Shown here: in pieces, positions 25,477-38,540 of the stretch
Layout: every line of letters starts with the position of its first letter
Position numbering within the stretch: the stretch's first letter is position 1
Assembly: GCF_006345805.1 (NCBI RefSeq)
Contig: NC_042999.1
Location: 17,236,001-17,300,000, forward strand
From: Octopus sinensis
Taxonomy: Eukaryota
Direction: 5' to 3'
Length of the DNA stretch: 64,000 bases
Made by a program: the position numbers and the translations under genes
The notes under the pieces: generated by a model
The model's database searches: none
What the model was told of the DNA's origin: nothing
The model's input: only the letters and a program-made list of their open reading frames with translations

Positions 25477-25870
25477 AGGAGTAGGATACGCTGTGTGGTA
25501 AATAGCTTGCTTACAAATGACATGGTTCCGTGTTCAGTCCCACTGCGTGGCACCTTGGGCAAGTGTCTTCTACCTTGTCCTCGGGCCGAACAAAGCCTCG
25601 TGAGTGGATTTGCCAGACGGAAACTGAAAGAAGCCCGTCGTATGTATGTACATGTATATAAGTGTGTTTGTGTTTGTCTCCCCCCCCCCGACATGGCTTA
25701 ACAACCGATGCTGGTGTGTTTTCGTCCCCGTAACTTAGCGGTTCCGCAAAAGGGACCGAAGGAATAATTACTAGGCATACAAAGAATAAGTCCTGGGGTG
25801 GATTTTCTTGACTAAAGGCGGTGCTCCAGCATGGCCACAGTCAAATGACTGAAACAAGTAAAAGAATGAA
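25477..25870 (+). mobile_element. SINE-B, full length
   Basis: Head, body and GGCGGTGCTCCAGCATGGCCACAGTCAAATGACTGAAAC tail. Confidence 0.9.
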
Positions 25871-26505
25871 CGACAAAACGAGGCGTTCGAATTCCTATAG
25901 TCACGCGTCGAAACGTCTTTTGTGTTGATCTTATTTTCTCAATCGGTTCCACATGGATGGTTCAGTTTCAAACTTTTCAATATAACTTTATTCTTTTGAT
26001 GGCATTTGATATGTTTCTTGCATCCAAACCTTTTATTCAGGACTTCGAATTTTGTAATATCCGAATTTAATGCCGCACAATGTCTTGATGTACTGTATTT
26101 TTATTTTGTTTTTGTGTTTAATTGTATTGTTTTTACGTCGTTTTTGTCACATTTTTTTCCTTGTTTTTACCCCTCTGCAAAGGAATTTTATTCAATTCTT
26201 TCGCAGGAAGGACTTGTTCGGCGAGTCGTGTTCTGTCCTCACCTTCGAAACACGCTGGAGTTGAACTTGGGACAGCTGATGAAAGGGATTTTTCCTTGTG
26301 TAGTTGTCTTGTACTCTGTTTTTTCGTTGTTAAAGAAATTGTCCGTTCCATGCTTGTTTTTACAGTTTCGTTTCTCGTTGAGTTCTACGTCTATTTGTGG
26401 TGTCCTGTACTCACGTATATATATTTATATATGCATGTATATATACATGTAGATGTAGGTACGTAATATATGTTTGTATGTATGCATATATTTTATTTAT
26501 TACAC

Positions 26506-26529
<24 letters not shown>

Positions 26530-26576
<47 letters not shown>

Positions 26577-26755
26577 ATTTATGTGTTTGTGTGTGCGTGT
26601 GTGCGTGTGCGTGTGTGTGTGCGTGTGTGCGTGTGTGTGTTGTGTGTGTATTGTGTGTACGTTGTGTGTGTGAGTGTATGTGCGTGTGTGTTGTGTGCAT
26701 GTGGCGTGCAAGATGCGTGTGTGTGTGCGTGTGAGCGTGTGTGTGTGTGTGCATT
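26530..26755. repeat. (TA)/(TG)/(TGCG) microsatellite
   Basis: Direct reading. Confidence 0.95.
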
Positions 26756-27445
26756 ATGAGAGCAATGACTTCAATGACTGCTGCTATTAAGTAACATCGA
26801 ACGTGATACTCCTCTGCCTCACGACCAAAATCTGTATCCTGTGGAAGGGAGAGTCGCGTACTTGCTTACAGTGTTTAAATCCTTAGAATAAAAGAGAGAA
26901 GCCAGAGCTATGCTTTGTGGAGGTACTTTCAGGTGCTGAGCCATAGTCTTACGAGACGTAGAAAGAGGGCGGAAGTGTACGTTTGTGTAGGATGTAAATA
27001 TTTGTTTGGTACTAATATTACCGTTACGTAGATGTGAACAGTGTAAGCAAAATGGAAGTGTTGAATCTGTATATAAAGGAAATGCTATTACGTAAAGTAC
27101 TGGTTAACTGTGTCAATAAAGTAGTTTATTTCAGTTTGTACATGATGCAAATGCGCTGTAAATAAATTACGTTATTTACGGTGTGTAGGATATTTAGATA
27201 AGTAATGCATGGTGTCTTTGAATTCAGGAATATTGCATAAGCTTGGTGTTGATGTTCGACGTTGATCGTAACTACCTTGATAACTATGACTTATAACCCT
27301 CTTGGTATTAATACTGTTCATTAGTGGCATGGCGGAAGAAACAGTTTAGTTACAGCATGGTGGCGATGTGAATTGACGTGGCCGGTCTTCCGTTTGAATC
27401 CCGTCGAGAAATTTTTTTTTAAAAGTTCTATACTTATTTCGTGTT

Positions 27446-27677
27446 TGGCGGCGAGCTGGCAGAAACGTTAGCACGCCGGGTGAAATGCGTAGCCGTATTT
27501 CGTCTGCCGTTACGTTCTGAGTTCAAATTCCGCCGAGGTCGACTTTGCCTTTCATCCTTTCGGGGTCGATAAATTAAGTACCAGTTTCGCACTGGGGTCG
27601 ATGTAATAGACTTAATATCTTTGCCTGTCCTTATTTTTCCCCTCTAAGTTTAGCCCCTTGTGGGCAGTAAAGAAATA
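27446..27677 (+). mobile_element. SINE-A, full length, young
   Basis: 16-bp TSD TATACTTATTTCGTGT at 27428-27443 and 27678-27693. Confidence 0.95.
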
Positions 27678-28279
27678 TATACTTATTTCGTGTAGATAAA
27701 ATTAGTATCTGTCAAGTATTGAGGTTGGCAAAATCTATGATAGTCAACATTATAATATGTAACCTTTTCTTAACTAAAAAATCAATAAATTGTTTATATG
27801 CACTCTAACTTATTGATATACATTCTTCGACATCCACACAAAACGTGACAAAAAGGATGAATATAAGTCATGTATTAAAACGTGACTGTGAAGCTGTAGT
27901 CATGGTTACCCAAAGATGAGAAAACACTCCTGTCCTTGTATAGTTCTATATCCTTATTCACCTATTTTCTACTTGTCGCAAACATTTTTATTTACATGAA
28001 TGAATTTTTCATGTTATCATTTCCGCAGTAAATTCAGGATTTTATAAAATACTTTGAGCTACACAACATGATGTACTTAGTCAGTTATGAATATGAAATA
28101 TGTAACCATTATACATTATGCATACGCACATAAAATACATAGACAGACATGTACACACACACGCGCGCACACACACATATACACTTTCATGCATATATTT
28201 TTGATTTTGATTTGATTTTTCCAGTTTCAGCTCATGAGCTGTGGCCATGCTGGGGCACCGCCATTAAACAATGTGCTAT

Positions 28280-28391
28280 GCTTACTGCACCTAGGTTTCC
28301 CAAGCGGTCACCCATCTAAGTACTGACCAGGCTCGACGTTGCTTAACTTCGGTGATCAGACAAGAACCGGTGATTTCAATGTGATATGGCC

Positions 28392-28397
<6 letters not shown>
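28280..28397 (-). rRNA. 5S rRNA-derived copy 2 (head of a SINE3-like element spanning 28197-28397)
   Basis: Reverse complement is a 118-nt 5S sequence (first 3 nt replaced by a TA run), followed by an 18-nt linker and the LINE-type tail. Confidence 0.9.
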
Positions 28398-28453
<56 letters not shown>

Positions 28454-28646
28454 GTGTATGTATGTATGTATACATACATACAGGTTTGCCTAAAATTAAA
28501 CCGTCAGTAAATGAAAATTCCATAACTACTTAATATTCAATTCTATCTATTCATTCCAATTATGAATATTTAATAATTGAATGTTCAGTGTTAAAATCAT
28601 CGTTTTTCGTTTTCAACATCTGTCTATTAATTAGCGCAGTCTCAGT

Positions 28647-28760
28647 GGAGGAACGTGGCCTAGTGGTTAGAGCAGCGGACTCGCGGTTAAGGGAGCACGG
28701 GTTCGAATCTCAGACCGAGCGACGTGAGTGTTTATGAGCGAAAAACCTAAGCTCCATGCA
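28647..28760 (+). mobile_element. SINE family D 5' fragment (tRNA head)
   Basis: TGGCCTAGTGG A-box and GGGTTCGAATCTC B-box; homologous to 56400-56510(-). Confidence 0.8.
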
Positions 28761-28769
28761 AAAATGAAG

Positions 28770-28983
28770 GGCGGCTAGTTGGCAGAATCTATAGCACGCC
28801 GGGCAAAATGCTTAGCGATAAGTCGTCTGCAGCTACGTTCTGAGTTCAAATTCCGTCGAGGATGACTTTCCCTTTCATCCTTTCGGGGTCGGTTACGCAC
28901 TGGGGTCGATGTAATCGACTTTATCCCTTTGTCCTTGTTTGTTTCCTCTATGTTTAGCCCCCTGTGGGCAATAAAGAAATAAA
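28770..28983 (+). mobile_element. SINE-A, diverged
   Basis: A-type head, B-box and tail. Confidence 0.85.
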
Positions 28984-29080
28984 TTATCGCAGGCTCATAT
29001 AAAATCATTTTTGTTTTGATCTTGGAATCAAATGTTTTTTTTTTTTCTGTCAGGTGACTCTTGGTCATATATATGTATAT

Positions 29081-29111
<31 letters not shown>

Positions 29112-29345
29112 GACAGCAGATTCTGAAACGTTCCTTCTGGGTTCTATTCCAGGGCTTAGAAAACCTAACTGACTGCTGAAATAAATGTATGATTCTAAGA
29201 CGGAAATATGTTGAATAAAATCATACTTAACAGATCCTCCTGTATATTCTTTAACCTAAAGCCAGGAAATCTTCAGCACACTTCCTTTAAATGTAAGTGT
29301 GTATGTATGTATGTATGTATGTATGTATGTATGTATGTATGTATG

Positions 29346-29391
<46 letters not shown>

Positions 29392-30018
29392 ATATGATAT
29401 GCTGTCTCGCGTTTTATCAAGTAAAATAGATATTTTACTGTGTAGCAGTTTGCACACACACACAAACACACACACACATACACAAACTTACACACTGACA
29501 TACATACATATATATGTACGCATGTGTTGTTTTTGATTAATAAATGAACGGTATCGATAACTGTTGAAAATAATTATTTAAATAATGAAATTTTAACTGA
29601 TGATCACTATCTTCTTCATAAAACACCGAACGGGCCAGATTACCAATTGATTACTATCCTGACAAATGGGTCTTGATAGTTTGCATTTTTCAATAACATT
29701 TATAGTAATAAAATATCATCAAATGCTGCAATTTTCATTACTATTTGCATGGTTATATCAAATAATTTCAATTAGCGTTGGTATATTGTGTTTCAAACCT
29801 GAGTCGAGATTACAATTATTGATAAAGATCATACGCCTCATTAGTATACTGCTATATAATCATTTCGCAATATGTATCAGGTCGCAACATGCAACATTAC
29901 ATTTAATAACTTGTAATATTTATTGTATTTAAGGAGTGTCATTATGCCAAAATCATAATATTTAAATACGTGCTAAAAGATATGAGAAAAAGGACCACGG
30001 GTCTTTCCCGAACAAGAG

Positions 30019-30442
30019 GTTCATAAGGCTGGTTTCCCCTTCTCGGCTGACTGGACCCCGGATTACACATTTTTGTCATCTGGGGGGGGGGAGTATAAGG
30101 ACAAGAAATGAACACAACGCATCATTGTAATTAGGAATCGAAACCACAATATTGCGATCTTGTGTGCAAAGGCAGCGAGCTGGCGGAAACGTTAGCATGA
30201 TTGGCGAAATGCATAGCCGTATTTCGTCTGCCGTTACGTTCTGAGTTCAAATTCCACCGGGGCCGACTTTGCCTTTCATCCTTTCGGGGTCGATAAATTA
30301 AGTACCAGTTACGCACTGGGGTCGATGGAATCGACTTAATCCCTTTGTCTGTCCTTGTTTGTCCCCTCTGTGTTTAGCCCCCTGTGGGTAATAAAGAAAT
30401 AGATCTTGTGTGCACCATGCTAACCACTAAGCCGCACACCTC
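30019..30442 (-). mobile_element. SINE family E split by a SINE-A insertion
   Basis: B-box at 30134-30145 and A-box at 30423-30433 are separated by the insert. Confidence 0.7.
30169..30401 (+). mobile_element. SINE-A nested in the SINE-E head
   Basis: 13-bp TSD GATCTTGTGTGCA at 30156-30168 and 30402-30414. Confidence 0.95.
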
Positions 30443-30567
30443 TATGTTAAATATGTTACTGCATCTTAATACATGCTATCTTTTCTATCTTACAGAATGT
30501 AGGTTTACAAAAATATTTAGATTATTTACCAGATCTGCTTAATCGCAAAATTTGAAATATCCTCAGT

Positions 30568-30710
30568 CTACATTATTTACATTATTTACGTTACTTACAT
30601 TTGACGGATATTTGTCCTCATCTTGTTTGTTGTTAACACGTTTCAGCTGATATACCCACCAGCCTTCATCAGGTGTCTTGTGGAAATTTAGAACATGGGT
30701 TCCCATTCTA
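30568..30710 (-). mobile_element. Family H SINE 3' part with hammerhead motif (30635-30677)
   Basis: Reverse complement GACACCTGATGAAGGCTGGTGGGTATATCAGCTGAAACGTGTT; (AAATAATGT)n tail. Confidence 0.8.
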
Positions 30711-31109
30711 GGATTGTGGACACCTCTCTCAAAATGCTTCCTCCTCTTAAATTACTGAGTTTAAATTCCGCCGAGGTCGACTTTGCCGTTCATTCTCATG
30801 CGCATCGCTAAAACAAATAGCAATTGAACATCTGTCGATGTAAATCGAGTTTACGACTACTTTGAAATTACTGACCTTGTTCCACAATTGGAAATCATTG
30901 TTCTTTTCAACCATACGAAGTGCATTGAAGCAGATTATTAATTTATACTGGGCATTGATTTTTAAACTAAAAATGGCAATATCACCATACGCCCGACTTG
31001 TACTTCTCAATTTGCAGCATTTCATTGTGGTCGACAAAAAGTACTTTATGATTTTCTGTCCTCAATCTCACTTGTCCTCAATCTCACTGCTGTCCCCAGT
31101 TGCATATAT

Positions 31110-31327
31110 ATTTCTTTACTACCCACAAGGGGCTAAACATAGAGGGGACAAACAAAGTGATTAAGTCGATTACATCGACCCAGTGCGAAACTGGTACTTT
31201 ATTTATCGACCCCGAGAGGATGAAAGGCAAAGTCGTCCTCGGCGGAATTTGAACTCAGAACGCAACGACAGACGAAATACCGCTAAGCATTTCGCCCGGC
31301 GTGCTAACGTTTCTGCCAGCTCGCCAC
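31110..31327 (-). mobile_element. SINE-A, full length
   Basis: Reverse-complement A copy. Confidence 0.9.
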
Positions 31328-31583
31328 CTTTTCATATAGTTTATTGTATGAGCTTACCCCTGAAAATGCTGTACAGGTGCACTTTATATAAATCCTATAC
31401 CGCCACCTGGTATAAAGTAAAGGGCTGTGACATATTGGTTAGGGTGTTGCACTCATTATCGTAAGATTGTGGCTTCCATTCCTTGACTGAACAATGCGTT
31501 GCTCCACTCCACTAACCTGGCACCAAGGAGTAATCATGCGACAAGCCGGCGTCCCACCCAGCGAGTAATATATATGCCAGAAA

Positions 31584-31813
31584 GGCGGCGAGCTGGCAGA
31601 AACGTTAGCACGCCGGGCGAAATGCTTAGCGGTATTTCGTCTGCGTTACGTTGTGAGTTCAAATTCCGCCGAGGTCGAGTTTGCCTTTCATCCTTTCGGG
31701 GTCGATAAATTAAGTACCAGTTACGCACTGGGGTCGATGTAATCGACTTAATACCTATGTCTGTCCTTGTTTGTCCCCTCTGTGTTTGGCCCCTTGTGGG
31801 TAGTAAAGAAATA
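31584..31813 (+). mobile_element. SINE-A nested in the 3' part of an older E-type SINE (~31425-31885)
   Basis: 15-bp TSD TATATATGCCAGAAA at 31569-31583 and 31816-31830. Confidence 0.95.
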
Positions 31814-32295
31814 AGTATATATGCCAGAAAAATCAGAAACCAGAAAACCGACCTCATGAGTCTATATGACTTGAGAAGTCGCATCTAGTATTGGATCAAA
31901 CAAATCAGATCAGTTTTCGATATTTGTCTTGTAACTTGAAACGCAACACTTACGTCAGACTTCGGTATTTGTCTTTGAATTGTGTAACCTTATTTTGATA
32001 ATTAACAGGTCGTTAGTTTATGAATGTTCGTAGTAGTAAAGTTCTGTTTAGGGAGCAAGATATTTCTGGCTCGCAAACACGTCACGAATCCTGTTTTATA
32101 GCCTTGGTAAAATATTTAATTATGTAACAAATGGGAATTGCGTTCATATTTAGATTCAAGGGCTGTTCTGCAAAATTTAATATTCATTATTCATCCCTGA
32201 CAAACTGCTTTGTTATGAAATGGAAGCTACTGAAATGTAAATAATGAACCCTCTGCAAAAATAAGGAATACAGTTCATAAAAAATATATAATAAA

Positions 32296-32541
32296 TGTTC
32301 CTTCACGAGCCATGCCAGCCTCATAAGGGGCGGTTTCCCGGTTTCGGTGGCGTAGAAATTCCCCACCTGGACGGGACGCCGGTCCTTCGCAGAATTACTC
32401 ATTTTTGCCGGATGAGTGAACTGGAGCAACGTGAAATAAAGTGTTTTGCTCAAGAATACAACGCATCGTCCGGTCCAGGAATCGAAACCACGACCTTACG
32501 ATCATGAATTCAACACCCTAACCACTAAGCCACGCGTCTCT
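32296..32541 (-). mobile_element. SINE family E, full length
   Basis: tRNA head, central TTGAGCAAAACACTTTATTTCACGTTGCTCCAG block shared with family C, tail shared with family D. Confidence 0.85.
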
Positions 32542-33849
32542 ACACAATACAGTTTGCTATAGATTGAAATATAACAACGGATATACACATATATACGTAC
32601 TTACGCACGAATACATGGAAAAGAATGCTGCGTGGCCTACGGGTTACGTTGTCGCTCTCACTATCGAAAGTTGTGGTTCGATTCCCGGACCGGGAGCAAA
32701 ACACTTCATTTCACTTTGCGCAGTCCACTTAGTTGTAAATGGATAACCCTGCAACGAAATAGCTTTCTAAGCCAGGGAGAATGTTGGCCTCTTCGTCTAG
32801 CTATTAGAGTGGTATCGTTCAAAAGCTGAATCTACGCAAAGTGCATAGTGGCCTGGAATGTTTAACAAACTGCGATATTCTGGTTGGTACCATGATATCA
32901 GTATCTAACTATTTAGCAAGCTAAAGAGCGAACCTATCGTTATTTCTTCTGAGAGATAATAGCTTATAAAAGAGATTTTACACCTATCGAAATGTTGCCA
33001 AGTCTTTCCAATGTATCTTTTTGAAATATTTCTTATCACCAATAAACAATGGTATTGTCTCATTCATTTAGAGAAGGTATAATATACTGTTATTTAAAAT
33101 GAATATATTTCTCTGAAATTCATTATATACTAACAATTGGATATTTACACTTGACAAAACATATTGTAGTATTGACGTATGACATCAAGTATTAAAACGT
33201 TGTGAAAATACACAAACACACACATACATGTATGTATATTATTGTGTCCACTTATTTCAAAACAAATATATAAATTCGGAGGTAAAATATTTCATGCGTT
33301 TTTCACTTGGAATCGCAAATAGTTATTCTATTTTTGTCATAACACAATGCTATTTTAAAATATTTTCTAATCTCTGAAACGTTTTAACACTCAGCAATAT
33401 TCCAATCATATCGCTTACTTTGCAGTTATCACAAACTAAATTTGTTTACGGGAAATTGCAAATAAGTAGAAAGTGCTGAAATTTTGCATATATCAATAGA
33501 CGATATTGTATATATTATACGTATACAATGATGCATAAAATGCTAGTAATTGTTGTATTTCCCGGAAAGAGAGAGCATGAAAATTAATAATATAACAATA
33601 GGAAAATACGAGAATTTAACAAAAGACACTTGTAATTTGCCCGCAATTTGCCACTAGAATTTGATTTGTAATAGCAGTAAAATCAATTATTGTCGCTTTT
33701 CTGACGGGCGATTCGATTTATATTTGTAGCTTAATACAAAACACTTCTCAAAGGAAATATGCAAAATGGAAATTTTCAGGACGAAATGTTATTGTGTTTA
33801 GCGAAAAAATAACGAAGAAATAAAGATTATTGAATTGTTCTTTCAGCTG

Positions 33850-33919
<70 letters not shown>

Positions 33920-33964
33920 TTATATAAATATGCTTATATATATATATGCATATATATATATGTC

Positions 33965-34015
<51 letters not shown>

Positions 34016-34789
34016 GTATACATTGTATACAATTGAGATTATCATCATTCTTTCTAAGGCCTTCACCTTCGGAGAAAACATTTATACATTACTACTTTTG
34101 TTTCTCTCTTTGTTAAACAATTTATTTAACCCATATGTTGCTAAAACTGCTTACGTATATATAAATATATATATATATATAGAGAGAGAGATAGATATAT
34201 AAATATACATATATATATGTACATGTACAGGAGTAATTTTGATAGGAAATGAAGAACAAAAACATTTATCATCTATATCCTGTGCCATGATTCAAACTAT
34301 CTTCAGCAAATTAAATAATAAACTAGGCGCAGCTATATGAATACGAGGCAATACACAACGTGCCACGTGCCTACATGTGATAATTTTTCAAATCCACTGC
34401 GCAAGCGCAGTATTTTATTAGCAACAAAGAGAATAAATGCCGATTTTCTTCCAAAATTAGCCTATATATATAGTTATGTATGTATATGTATGTACATATA
34501 ACTACATGTATATTTCTGTGCTTGAGTAAATACAAATAAAATGATATCCATTCAAATTCCTTCCACGAAATTTAATTATGAAAATGCTAAATGTTGATAA
34601 ATATAATTTTCAATCAAGTTTGAGAATATATGTTTCGTATGATATTTATTTTTACGTCCATATCTCCTTAGCAGAGAAATCTCAATGCATAAAGGAAGGA
34701 TAACTCAGCAAGAATATAATCGATCGTCCAATTCTAAAATGATTGAAAACTTTTATACAAAATCCGATACTAAGCTAAAAAGCCAGCGA

Positions 34790-35150
34790 TTTGTGGGGAA
34801 GGGTAAAACGATTACATCAATCTCGTGCTGAACTGGTATTGATCTCGGAAAGGATGAAGTGCAAGTCAACTTCTGCAGATTTGACCTCAGAACCTTAGAG
34901 AGATGAAATACCGCCAAACATTTTGTTCAGGCGTGCTAACTATTCTGCTAAGTCACCTTTCCTTTACTACCTACAACTTCCAAATTCTGACTCAAGGTCC
35001 GCAATTTCAGAGGAGTGGCTAATTCGATTACATCGGACCCAGTCTTCAACAGCTACTTATTTTATGGACCCCGGAAGCATGAAAGGTAAAATCGAACTCG
35101 GGGGCATTTGAATGCAGAATGTAAAATGTAAAGATGAAAGAAATGCCGTT
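34790..35150 (-). mobile_element. Two decayed SINE-A-like copies
   Basis: Degenerate GAAAGG...TCGAACTCGG...ATTTGAA blocks. Confidence 0.55.
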
Positions 35151-35357
35151 AAATTGTGAGATTTGTAATTAAATTATCACATCTCATAAGAAACCAAATT
35201 ACCATATTACCTGCATTGTCCCTTTATTTTGTGAAATATTTTTGTCGCATATTCTATAGGAACCTAAATGTTTAAAACTATTACAAATATATATATATGT
35301 ATACACATATATATATATATATATATACATACACACACACACATATATATATATATA

Positions 35358-35462
<105 letters not shown>

Positions 35463-35487
35463 GATATATATATATATATAATATATA

Positions 35488-35567
<80 letters not shown>

Positions 35568-35940
35568 TTGTGTTTTAACTTCTTGCTCTGAAATTCAATA
35601 GTGAGATCTTAATTTGGTAATTATGGAAGCGTGAAATAAGGAATGAAAACCACCAGGGAACAGTTAATATGTTTTATAGAACTCAGCGGTATAAAATGCG
35701 ATTTCGACTCCTGCAGTATTCGGATATAGATAAAGAGAGGCGTTGAGATAACTTCTGCTTTTATTGTTCACTTCCCTTATACGTTGACGAAGGACGAATA
35801 CAGTTATGATATTCATAAGTTACTTAAATGTAACAATACCATAACTAAAATGCAATCGCTTAAATAAGAAACTGAAATCATGAGACAGACCTTGATTTTC
35901 GGTAGCATAAACGGTGAATAGATTATGTAATGAATATTAT

Positions 35941-36394
35941 TTTATTCTTGTATTCGTTTCAGTCATTTTGAACGCGGTCATGCTGGAGCACCGCCTTTAG
36001 TCGAGCAAATCGACCCCAGGCCTTATTCTTTGGAAGCCTAGTACTTATTCTATCGGTCTGTTATACCGATCCACTAAGTTACGGGGATGTAAGCACACCA
36101 GCATCGATGTCAAGCGATGGGACACACACACACATACGTACAAAGATACATACATACATACATACAAAAATACATACATACATACATATATATATATATA
36201 TTATATATATATATATATACACACATACATATGACGGGCTTCTTTCAGTTCCCGTCTACCAAATCGACTCACAAGGCTTTGGTCGGCCCGAGGCTATCGT
36301 AGAAGACACTTTCCCAAAATTCCACGCTGTGGGACTGAACGTGGAACCATGTGGCTAGTTAGTACTTACTTACCACGCAGTCACTCCTGCACCT
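35941..36394 (-). mobile_element. SINE-B, full length, 11 nt downstream of 5S copy 3
   Basis: Complete B on the minus strand. Confidence 0.9.
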
Positions 36395-36405
36395 ATAAAT
36401 GGATT

Positions 36406-36523
36406 GCTTGCAGCACCTAGGTTTCCCAAGCGGTCACCCATCTAAGCACTAACTAGGCTCGACGTTGCTTAACTTCGGTGATCGGACGAGAACCGGTACA
36501 TTCAACGAGAGATGGCCGAAAAG
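36406..36523 (-). rRNA. 5S rRNA-derived copy 3, 118 nt
   Basis: Reverse complement matches copies 1 and 2 (CCGATCACCGAAGTTAAGCAACGTCGAGCCTAG...GGGAAACCTAGGTGCTGCAAGC); no T-run terminator follows. Confidence 0.9.
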
Positions 36524-36861
36524 GAAATATATAAAAGATGTTAAATTATTTATTACTTAGATTGATCTTTTTTCTTGGTCTATCGTGATAGGCATAAACA
36601 CATACGTATGTCTACATGAGTTAGGTACGTTGATTATATATAACATGCATATGGTTGAGCAAAATGCTTCACTCTCGTGAGGACTCAGTATACTATACTA
36701 CATACGGTTACAGTCTCACTTTCATGGGTTTCACTTCAGGCGATTGAATTATCTATGGAACTAGTTTCTGAAAACCCTCACTATAGTTATTTCAAATTGG
36801 ATGTGACTGCAACCAGAGGATGTTAAGTTCATCGAAATTTTGGGGCATTAAAGACCAAATA

Positions 36862-37272
36862 GGCGCAGGAGTGGCTGTATGGTAAGTAGCTTGCTAACCA
36901 GCCACATGGTTCCGGGTTCAGTCCCACTGCGTGGCATCTTGGGCAAGTGTCTTCTGCTATAGCCTCGGGACGATCAAAGCCTTGTGAGTGGATTTGGTAG
37001 ACGGAAACTGAAAGAAGCCTGTCGTGTATATGTATATATATATATATATGTATCTGTGTGTATGTGTTTGTATGTCTGTGTTTGTCCCTCTAGCATTACT
37101 TTACAACAGATGCTGGTGTGTTTACGTTCCCGTCACTTAGTGGTTCGGCAAAAAGAGATCGATAGAATAAGTACTGAGCTTACAAAGAATAAGTCCCGGG
37201 GTCGATTTGCTCGACTAAAGGCGGTGCTCCAGCATGGCCGCAGTCAAATGACTGAAACAAGTAAAACAAAAA
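36862..37272 (+). mobile_element. SINE-B, full length
   Basis: Near-consensus head, body and tail. Confidence 0.95.
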
Positions 37273-37608
37273 GAGTAAATAATGTGATAATCTATAATAT
37301 AAATTGGACATGGGCAATCGTTATATTCTTTCTTGTCTTGAGGTTCACAGCCAAACGGCTGGGTGGATTCACATGAAAAAAATGACACACATGTGGAGAC
37401 GGATACATAGATTAGAATGCAGTTTGTATTTTTTTCCTAACCCCCATAGTTACCGAGAAAATCGATTAAAACGTTTTTTAATGGAACTCCCATCTTTCTT
37501 CCGCCATTAAAACAACCAGTTGCTTAGAAGCTGTTTTCTGATGAGGTGGGGTCAGGAAATTTTCATATAGCTGGAGGCTCCAATTGAAACAGGGGACCCG
37601 AAACGATA

Positions 37609-37624
37609 AGGTTGACAAACACTG
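37609..37624 (-). mobile_element. hAT/Charlie-like terminus
   Basis: Reverse complement CAGTGTTTGTCAACCT; partner end not identified. Confidence 0.4.
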
Positions 37625-37675
37625 TTATAGATTATGCCTAACCCAAAACGATCATAGCTACATCATCCAAACAGA

Positions 37676-37702
37676 CCGGGTGAAACCGGGCTTAGCTGCT
37701 AG
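37676..37702 (+). mobile_element. Helitron-like 3' terminus
   Basis: CCGG-GTGAAA-CCGG hairpin followed ~9 nt later by CTAG|T. Confidence 0.5.
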
Positions 37703-38003
37703 TGAACCAATAAAACCAACTGATATTTTACGATTTTATTAGATTTCCTCAGTGAAACATTCTATAATATGACGATAGCAAATACAGAGAATATAGTGAG
37801 TGAAGACGATTCAGAATATCATTGGCTCTGTGGTAATATCTCAGAGGAACATTCTGCACGATAAGTGTCAGTGCCATATCGTCTCGAATATGCAATCAAA
37901 TGAATGGGATTCAGAAACGATATCCACTTGCCTCTGATTTGTCTAACAATAGAATAATCTTAATCTCAGTTGGTTGACGCGACTTATTCTTATAACTATA
38001 TGA

Positions 38004-38035
<32 letters not shown>

Positions 38036-38169
38036 TTGTGTGTGTTTGTGTACATATATATACACACACGCATATATATATACACATACATACACATGTA
38101 TATAAATGTTTATGTAGATTTCTTTATGTGTATTACAGACACACGCACACACATAAAATATAATGATAC

Positions 38170-38209
<40 letters not shown>

Positions 38210-38403
38210 AACAAATGTGATTCTGGGATTATTAGTATAGAAGACACGTTGTAATGCTCAAAATATTCAAACATGTTCTATGTCTTTACAGGGGGCCGTT
38301 TCTGCAAGGTATAGAATGACTGTAAGTAGGATCAAGTTGAGTTGATATAGAGAAGATTATGCAGATAAGCAAATTAGATACATGAAATATATAACATACA
38401 TAA

Positions 38404-38525
38404 TATGTACATTATTTACATTATTTACATTATTTACATTTGGCAGATATTTGTCCTCATCTTGTTTGTTGTTAACACAACGTTTCGGATGATATACCCT
38501 TGAGCCCGCATCAGGTGTCTTGGGG
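38404..38525 (-). mobile_element. Family H 3' part with mutated hammerhead motif (38474-38519)
   Basis: Reverse complement GACACCTGATGCGGGCTCAAGGGTATATCATCCGAAACGTTGTGTT. Confidence 0.8.
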
Positions 38526-38540
38526 ACGCCATATGCCTAC

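Noticed and set aside
26225-26300. Type-II hammerhead candidate (GAAAC...CTGATGA)
   Set aside because: Helices I and III cannot be formed around a valid NUH site.
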